Shown: positions 58,170-64,000 of the stretch, piece after piece
Position numbering within the stretch: the first letter of the stretch is position 1
How the letters are laid out: every line of letters begins with the position of its first letter
Assembly: GCA_963664705.1 (NCBI GenBank)
Contig: OY761556.1
Coordinates: 4,128,001 to 4,192,000 of the forward strand
Length of the DNA stretch: 64,000 bases
Origin: Acidobacteriota bacterium
Lineage (GTDB): Bacteria; Acidobacteriota; UBA6911
Reading direction: 5' to 3'
Position numbers and translations under genes: made by a program
Notes under the pieces: model-generated
What the model was told of the DNA's origin: nothing
The model's database searches: none
What the model saw: only the letters and a program-made list of their open reading frames with translations

Positions 58170-59303
58170 ATGAAAAAATGGATCGTTCTTGTCATCCTGT
58201 TGGCCGCGTTGCCTGTCAGCGCGCTTCAAATCCCTGATGCACAGAAAATCACAGGCAAGTGGCAGGGAGCTCTGAAAACACCCAATGGGCAGCTTCGGAT
58301 CGTGATCGAGGTGTCGTCCGAAGCGGATAAACTGAAGGCCAATTTTTACAGTATTGACCAACAATCGCCGGCGATACCCGCCAACACAGTCAACTGGAAT
58401 GGATCAACTTTCAAACTGGCTATTATTGCGATAAATGGCAACTACGAGGGAAAGATAAGTTCTGATGGCAAGTCAATCACAGGCAACTGGTCCCAGGGTG
58501 GGCAGGCAATGCCTTTGGATTTGTCCCGTGCAACGCCGGAAACAGCATGGGCTATTCCCGAACCTCCACCTCCCCCGCGACGGATGGCCGCTAATGCCAA
58601 CCCCGCATTCGAGGTGGCAACCATAAAGCCAAGCGATCCTGCGAGACCAGGCAAGCTGTTTACAACAAGAGGCTCCGAGGTAATCACCATCAATACTTCA
58701 TTAAGCGATATCATCATGACGGCTTATGGACTTCACGCGCGGCAGATCACGGATGCGCCGGCCTGGCTTGAATCCGAGAAATACGACATCACCGGACGTC
58801 CGGATACTCCGGGCCAGCCGAATGTTGAGCAAATGAAGGTAATGCTTCAGAAACTTCTGGCCGACAGATTCCAGCTCAAATTTCACCGCGACAAAAAAGA
58901 ACTCTCGGTCTACGCGCTCACCGTGCTGAAGGGAGGACCAAAGTTCAGCAAAAGCACGCGCGATCCGAACAGCCTTCCAGGCCTGTTTTTTACAGGGCCC
59001 TTAATGAGCTTGAATGTCACAAACGCAACCATGGCGGAAGTCGCCGGCGTGCTCCAGACGATCTTGGAAAAGCCGGTTGTGGATCAAACCGCTTTGACTG
59101 AGAAATATGACTTTGTGGTCCGATTCACCCCTGATCCAGGACAGTTTCCCGGTGTCGGAGGAGCTCCGCCGGTGGAATCGGGAGATGAACCACCGGATCT
59201 ATTCACCGCGATCCAGCAGCGGCTCGGGTTAAAATTGGATTCGACCAAAGCACCTGCGGACGTAATCGTCATTGATCATGTAACAAAGCCGTCAGAGAAC
59301 TAA
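58170..59303 (+). CDS. TIGR03435/DUF3738-like acidobacterial protein
   Basis: AFEVATIKPS, AYG…QI…P.W…YDI, MLQ.LLADRF.L, PVVDQT, LFTAIQ..LGLKL, VIDHV.KPSEN. Confidence 0.9.
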   Translation: MKKWIVLVILLAALPVSALQIPDAQKITGKWQGALKTPNGQLRIVIEVSSEADKLKANFYSIDQQSPAIPANTVNWNGSTFKLAIIAINGNYEGKISSDGKSITGNWSQGGQAMPLDLSRATPETAWAIPEPPPPPRRMAANANPAFEVATIKPSDPARPGKLFTTRGSEVITINTSLSDIIMTAYGLHARQITDAPAWLESEKYDITGRPDTPGQPNVEQMKVMLQKLLADRFQLKFHRDKKELSVYALTVLKGGPKFSKSTRDPNSLPGLFFTGPLMSLNVTNATMAEVAGVLQTILEKPVVDQTALTEKYDFVVRFTPDPGQFPGVGGAPPVESGDEPPDLFTAIQQRLGLKLDSTKAPADVIVIDHVTKPSEN

Positions 59304-59327
59304 CGCGGCAGAACTGATAATCTTCTG

Positions 59328-60833
59328 ATGGAAGGGCACGAAGATCGAATCAAAGTGATGTACGAAGAAGCAACGCGCGCCGCCGGCGCCGGTCAATGGG
59401 ATGCCGCGGCCGTGTTCCTGGAGCGGTGCTGTAACCTGCAGCGCTTTGAATCTTCCGTCCTTAATTCGCAATGGATGGTTGCCGCCGATCATTGTGAGAA
59501 AAGCTACGATTTGGGGACCAAAGCTTTTGCCCTGGCGAAGCGGGCCTGGCAGGCAGGATCTACTGCCGGCTCGCTGGAGTTCCTCCAGGCCGCAATGTAT
59601 CGAGGTTGTCACGATCCGGAAACCGCTGTTCAAGTAAATCACTGCGCACACGAATGGCCTATAGCGGCAGTGAGAAATTCCAGGCCCTTGCCGCTGCAAC
59701 TCCCGGAACGTTTGCCAGAAAGGTTTCGCATCGGCCACCTGGTCGGCCTGCTTAATCCGACACATGCTCCTACAAAGCTGATCAGGGCATTGACGGATGA
59801 AATTGCGACGGAGGCGGCCGATTCACACATATACACCACGGAATGGGCGGCCTCATGGTTTCACAATTGGAATCATCCTCGTCAAAGCGGTCCTGAGGAA
59901 TTTCTTAGCAACATACGGAAAGCGCGAGTCCATATTCACGAGGCTCATGATAATTTCCTGGCACGAGCCAATACTCTCGCCGCGCGTATCCGGCAAGATG
60001 ACCTGGACGTGCTCGTCGTACACGCAAGTATGTCCGAAATGGTTACCGCCCTTGTCGCCCTGCTGCGGCCGGCGCGCCGACTCATCAGCGTGAACCACGC
60101 CTCGGAGATGGACCTTCCGTGCTTCGATGGCGCGATCCATATGTTTGAAAATGGAAAGAGAAGGACCCGGCTGGAGATCCCATCCGTTGTCATCCCTCCG
60201 GCAAGCGATATGGATGTGCGCTTAAAGCAGGCTGCGAGGCTATCGAAATCTCAGCTGCAGATACCACAACAGGCAACGGTCTCCGGCACTTTTGGCAATC
60301 TGTACAAGATAGAAAATCCTGAGTTCCTCGAATCACTGCGCTGCATTCTCGAACATCACCCCAACCATTTTCACCTGATAGCCGGTGCCGGAAATGATCG
60401 CGCGATAAAGAAATTCCTCGAGGAAGCGGGAATATCGAGCCGCGTACGCCTGCTTGGACCGCGTACCGATATCCCATCACTCCTGCTTCTGCTTGATTTT
60501 TATCTTGCATCGCATCCATACCCTGGAGCATTGTCGGAAATCGAGGCAATGGCGGCAGCATGTCCGGTGATCAGCGTCCGCAACCATCCGGAATCTCACT
60601 ATAATGCCGGCGCGGAATCTGTGGGAATATCCGAGTGCATTGTAGATCCGAAGGATACTAACGCTATGGTTGCGCTTGCATCCCGCTACCTCGGCGATCC
60701 GACCTGGAGTCGCACGATCGGGCAGAAACTCAAGTGCCGCTTCGAACAGGTATTTGCGCCGTCCAGGGTAGCCGCACACCATTTGCAATTCTACCAATCG
60801 TTTTCGAACCCGACCGGGGAAAACCTTTCCTGA
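59328..60833 (+). CDS. GT-B fold glycosyltransferase (GT4/GT41-like) with helical N-terminus
   Basis: IRQDDLDVL, FGNLYKI, RVRLLGPRTD, LDFYL.S.PY.G…IEAMAAACPVIS. Confidence 0.82.
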   Translation: MEGHEDRIKVMYEEATRAAGAGQWDAAAVFLERCCNLQRFESSVLNSQWMVAADHCEKSYDLGTKAFALAKRAWQAGSTAGSLEFLQAAMYRGCHDPETAVQVNHCAHEWPIAAVRNSRPLPLQLPERLPERFRIGHLVGLLNPTHAPTKLIRALTDEIATEAADSHIYTTEWAASWFHNWNHPRQSGPEEFLSNIRKARVHIHEAHDNFLARANTLAARIRQDDLDVLVVHASMSEMVTALVALLRPARRLISVNHASEMDLPCFDGAIHMFENGKRRTRLEIPSVVIPPASDMDVRLKQAARLSKSQLQIPQQATVSGTFGNLYKIENPEFLESLRCILEHHPNHFHLIAGAGNDRAIKKFLEEAGISSRVRLLGPRTDIPSLLLLLDFYLASHPYPGALSEIEAMAAACPVISVRNHPESHYNAGAESVGISECIVDPKDTNAMVALASRYLGDPTWSRTIGQKLKCRFEQVFAPSRVAAHHLQFYQSFSNPTGENLS

Positions 60834-60913
60834 TAATAGGGCACGCCTGCAGGGTACCGCCAATGCTCGGCTGCGTTTCGGAGTAGATTTGTCAAGTTTA
60901 TGTGGGGAAGGGA

Positions 60914-61123
60914 TCAGGCAAAGAGGTCGAGAAGGGAGTGCTCAACGTCTCTTTCAACCGATATGACTCGATAGTTGGCTTTCCCGACAAGCTCCGATTC
61001 TTTGATATTGACCATTTCACCGGCATAGTCGGTCGTGGCCTGGGGGGTGGCTACGCGCCTGGCGGCCTGCTCCATCGTCCGTTGCGCGGCCATGACGCCA
61101 TTTAATGAAATAGCATAGTCCAT
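60914..61123 (-). CDS. Small flagellar rod/hook-terminus-like protein
   Basis: ISLNG..AAQ…AA.RVA directly joined to DYAGEMV…KAN..VI…SLLDLFA. Confidence 0.7.
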   Translation of the reverse strand: MDYAISLNGVMAAQRTMEQAARRVATPQATTDYAGEMVNIKESELVGKANYRVISVERDVEHSLLDLFA

Positions 61124-61203
61124 ATCTTTATCCCGATTCTTCTCTCATCGGTATATCCCGCTGAAGCATTAGCGCAAAATTGCAATAAAGATCGATTGCG
61201 GTC

Positions 61204-62127
61204 TCAGGCTCGGCTTTGGACAATAACGGCGACGATGGCGAGGCAGCCCAAACCATAGTAGGTGTATTCAACATCCGGCTCTGCATCGATTATGCAAGAG
61301 CGGAAGCCGCCGCAGGCATCGGCGAGTGATCCGACAAATCGAACCTGTTTTTTGAGATCTATCTGATGGATTCGATCCATGGCCGCTAGCGTGGTCACAG
61401 CGGTAAATGTGGAGAGAAGGTCCGGATACGGCGCCTTTGCATGAGCCAGGAAACCGCCGTCATGCGACTGCATTCGGACCAGGTAGTCTGCGGCCTGGCT
61501 TATTTTGTTCTCCAGATCGGTTGTTTCCTCGCCGGTCAGCGGAGATTCGAACAGGATGGCTCGAAGAAGGTAAGTCACCGCCGCGGACGTTGCATTGGTC
61601 TGCGAGTTGTCGTCGGATCCCGTATCGATAAATCCACCATCGGATTGCTGCAGATTCAAGACCGCTTCAAGGGAGTCTACTGACACCTGATGCAACAAAC
61701 CGAGCATATCCTCGCAAATAGCGCCAAGAAACGTACAGTATGCGCTGGGAGCCGAAGAGGCGACCGAACGGGAGAAAGACCCCGACTTGAGGCGGTGACG
61801 ATCCAGGCAGGCACCGGCATGCCGCGGCATAGGCGCGCCGCAAAGCGTCGCAATAGATATCCGGTTGAGGCATTCCGGAACATCGCCGATATCGTTGTCC
61901 GATTGGGCATAGAGGCAGGTGGCGGGATGACCGACCTCTTCGGATCGAGTTTGGGACAATATTCGCAGGGCAAAATCCGTGTAGTAGGGATCCGAGTTTC
62001 CCCGGCGGCCCGGATAGCCGCCATCCGCGCTGCGCTGTGAAAGCACATAATCCGCGACCCGCTCTCTTAGACCGGAACTGAGACTTTGGGTCCCCTCCAG
62101 CAGCAGTGCATCGAGGAGCTGATTCAT
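61204..62127 (-). CDS. Prenyltransferase/squalene-oxidase repeat protein (GGTase-beta-like)
   Basis: Repeated Q..DGG(F/Y), SDPYYT.FAL, PDLLSTFTA, DVEYTYYGLG. Confidence 0.88.
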   Translation of the reverse strand: MNQLLDALLLEGTQSLSSGLRERVADYVLSQRSADGGYPGRRGNSDPYYTDFALRILSQTRSEEVGHPATCLYAQSDNDIGDVPECLNRISIATLCGAPMPRHAGACLDRHRLKSGSFSRSVASSAPSAYCTFLGAICEDMLGLLHQVSVDSLEAVLNLQQSDGGFIDTGSDDNSQTNATSAAVTYLLRAILFESPLTGEETTDLENKISQAADYLVRMQSHDGGFLAHAKAPYPDLLSTFTAVTTLAAMDRIHQIDLKKQVRFVGSLADACGGFRSCIIDAEPDVEYTYYGLGCLAIVAVIVQSRA

Positions 62128-63767
62128 GTGGATTTTCTTTCGGGAAGCACGACGCGCGCAATGAAACCAAGCAACTGGCTGAGTGACCGATCCTGAGATG
62201 CCTCGGATGAGGCAAGCACCCGCTGCCGAAGCCTGGCGTAAAGCATTTCGGCTTTTTCGAATGATCCTGAATCGCGATAAATCGCCGAAATCTCGCCGAC
62301 CGGCAATGAGCCCTCCCGGCCATAGAAAGCGCTTCTCAGCGCCTTGCCCGCGGCCGACTCCATGGCAAAGGCGAGCAGCACGGTGGGCCGCATGGACTGA
62401 GCATCCAAGCCAACAGAACTCTTGTTATTGATGTCTTCCCAGTCGTCCAGGTCATTGAGAACCTGATACGCTTCGCCCAGGTAATCCCCATACTGAATCA
62501 GCAGATCGGAGTCTTCCACCGGGCCGGATGCGCGGAGGCCGACATAAAGTGCCGCCGTGAATGCCGGGGAGGTCTTCTTTCGATAGCACCGCAAGACATC
62601 CAGCGGCGACAGAACGTCCGGACGTTTGCGCATCCACTGCAATTCCTGTCCCTGTCCGCGGCAAAGTTCCAGATGAGCCCGTGACATCCAGCCGAATATA
62701 TCGGCGCTGGCTTCGGAGCCAAGATCAGCCCCCGACGAGGCAATCAGTTTATATCCGGCTCCGATCAGGTAATCGCCAATGTTGATGGCTATCGGCGCGC
62801 CATGCGTTCGATGCAGCGTCTCGCGGCCATAGCGCATGGTGTCCTCATCCTGAATATCATCATGGACCAGGGACGCTTTGTGCATCACCTCTATAGCCAC
62901 CGCCAGTTTTCGGACAGACTCCGGAATCAGGGGCTCGAGGATTGTTCGCGAATTCAAAGCATCCAGGCCGTGAGCGCGAACCACATAAGAAGCCAGCGTT
63001 ACAAAGGGACGAAACCGTTTCCCGCCGATCCGCAGCCAATCCTGGGCAACACAATCGGTATCGGAATCGCCATCGATCCAATCCCGATCAAACAGCTGAT
63101 TGGCAAAACGAAGAAGCGGTATATAGCTTTGATAGGACGCTGTCGGCCTTGATTCCCATAAATAAAGCGCACGCATCAGTTCGGGAAAATCTGCTTCGGT
63201 CTCGACACATCCATTTGTGAGCAATGGAATTGCCATGTGCGGAATGCCCCATTCCGCAATGCGACCGTATGATTTTTCCAGCGAATCGAGGCACGCCACG
63301 CCCAGGATGGCATCCGCCTCCCGCTCCAAAGCGCTTGTCGTGACGGAGGTAATTCCCTCCGCAATTGAAACCCTATAGCCAAGCTTCTCCGCCTGGGACT
63401 GAATATCCCCAATCGGGCACAGCGAACAGTGGGCACCAACAAGACTATCGCCGCTATAGATAGCAGTACAGGATGTCGAGGAGCGGAGGCAATGAGGCAG
63501 GAGCAGCAAACGGCGCGAGAAAGGAACCGATGCAAATGCATTTGCCCAATACGCGTTGCTCAGGGAGACCATGGCAAAGCCGATGTAGTCATAGGAAAGA
63601 TTCAAACGGGTCAGTAATTCGACCGCCTTCTCGCGCAGGACTCCCTGAGAGATGGACTCGATGGCGGCTGCCATCTCCAGCCCAAGCGAACGAATAGCAT
63701 CGCGAACGGCTGCCTCCTGCGGCACTTGCTTGATGTCTATTTCATCCATGTCCAGCTTGATCGACAT
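62124..63767 (-). CDS. DUF116 + polyprenyl diphosphate synthase fusion
   Basis: RRLLLLPHCLR…GVAC (DUF116); GGKRFRP, HKASLVHDDIQD, RYG, GD, GQG.EL, KT, YQVLNDLDD. Confidence 0.9.
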   Translation of the reverse strand: MSIKLDMDEIDIKQVPQEAAVRDAIRSLGLEMAAAIESISQGVLREKAVELLTRLNLSYDYIGFAMVSLSNAYWANAFASVPFSRRLLLLPHCLRSSTSCTAIYSGDSLVGAHCSLCPIGDIQSQAEKLGYRVSIAEGITSVTTSALEREADAILGVACLDSLEKSYGRIAEWGIPHMAIPLLTNGCVETEADFPELMRALYLWESRPTASYQSYIPLLRFANQLFDRDWIDGDSDTDCVAQDWLRIGGKRFRPFVTLASYVVRAHGLDALNSRTILEPLIPESVRKLAVAIEVMHKASLVHDDIQDEDTMRYGRETLHRTHGAPIAINIGDYLIGAGYKLIASSGADLGSEASADIFGWMSRAHLELCRGQGQELQWMRKRPDVLSPLDVLRCYRKKTSPAFTAALYVGLRASGPVEDSDLLIQYGDYLGEAYQVLNDLDDWEDINNKSSVGLDAQSMRPTVLLAFAMESAAGKALRSAFYGREGSLPVGEISAIYRDSGSFEKAEMLYARLRQRVLASSEASQDRSLSQLLGFIARVVLPERKST

Positions 63768-63773
63768 TTAAAA

Positions 63774-63998
63774 CTACCCTTTGCACTGCGCCAAAGCCTG
63801 AACGGTCCAAATCATCGGATACAGCCTTTCAGAATACCAGAGCTTTTCAAAATAGAGCCCTATCGGCTGCTCATCGCTCAACCCGTTCTGCTCAACAAAC
63901 TTCGTCAATCTCCCGATTCCTTTAAGAATTACGGCGCTCACTTTCCCCTGTTTCCTGAAGAAGGAGAGGGCGGAAACGGCCAGCGCGGTTTCCTGTAT
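63774..63998 (-). CDS. C-terminus of a squalene-hopene-cyclase-like protein (partial, not in ORF track)
   Basis: Manual translation …ETALAV…QPIGLYFEKLWYSERLYPMIWTVQALAQCKG*; stop lies 6 bp upstream of the prenyl synthase start. Confidence 0.75.
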   Translation of the reverse strand: MQETALAVSALSFFRKQGKVSAVILKGIGRLTKFVEQNGLSDEQPIGLYFEKLWYSERLYPMIWTVQALAQCKG

Positions 63999-64000
63999 CA

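Noticed and set aside
27463-64000. att-bounded island or prophage at tRNA-Thr
   Set aside because: No duplicate of the tRNA-Thr 3' end, integrase or phage genes were seen in the window.

Overview
64-kb bacterial chromosomal segment, most likely from an Acidobacteriota genome (three VWA/VWFA-type secreted proteins and a TIGR03435-like protein; this is inference) with anaerobic redox genes. 0-5.9 kb is an accessory region downstream of tRNA-Phe, with a decayed att-like copy of the tRNA. 6-27.5 kb is mostly housekeeping (IscS-type desulfurase, RNase D, two-component pair, dtd, DinG-type helicase, NUDIX, RluA, ttcA, tRNA-Thr). 27.5-64 kb is accessory-rich. It holds an HUH/Y1 (RAYT-like) transposase plus a truncated second copy bracketing a sigma-54-type PEP-CTERM gene, a frameshifted GH9, a 1158-aa flavoprotein-[FeFe]-hydrogenase fusion, an AprAB-like pair, an atypical xanthine-oxidase-family Mo subunit, a B12 radical SAM enzyme and the 3' part of a terpene/prenyl cluster. 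The clearest signal is a complete IS110/IS1111-type element inserted into a GTAG-type REP palindrome at a duplicated CT core. Its 3' non-coding region folds by eye into two internal loops whose sequences match the REP target and the element's own circle junction, i.e. a bridge/seek RNA readable directly from the sequence. An 11-bp motif (CTGGACACCCA) marks the junctions around the HUH transposase and also forms a transposase-free stutter at 19.5 kb. No CRISPR array or rRNA was seen. All protein calls come from motif recognition, not database searches.
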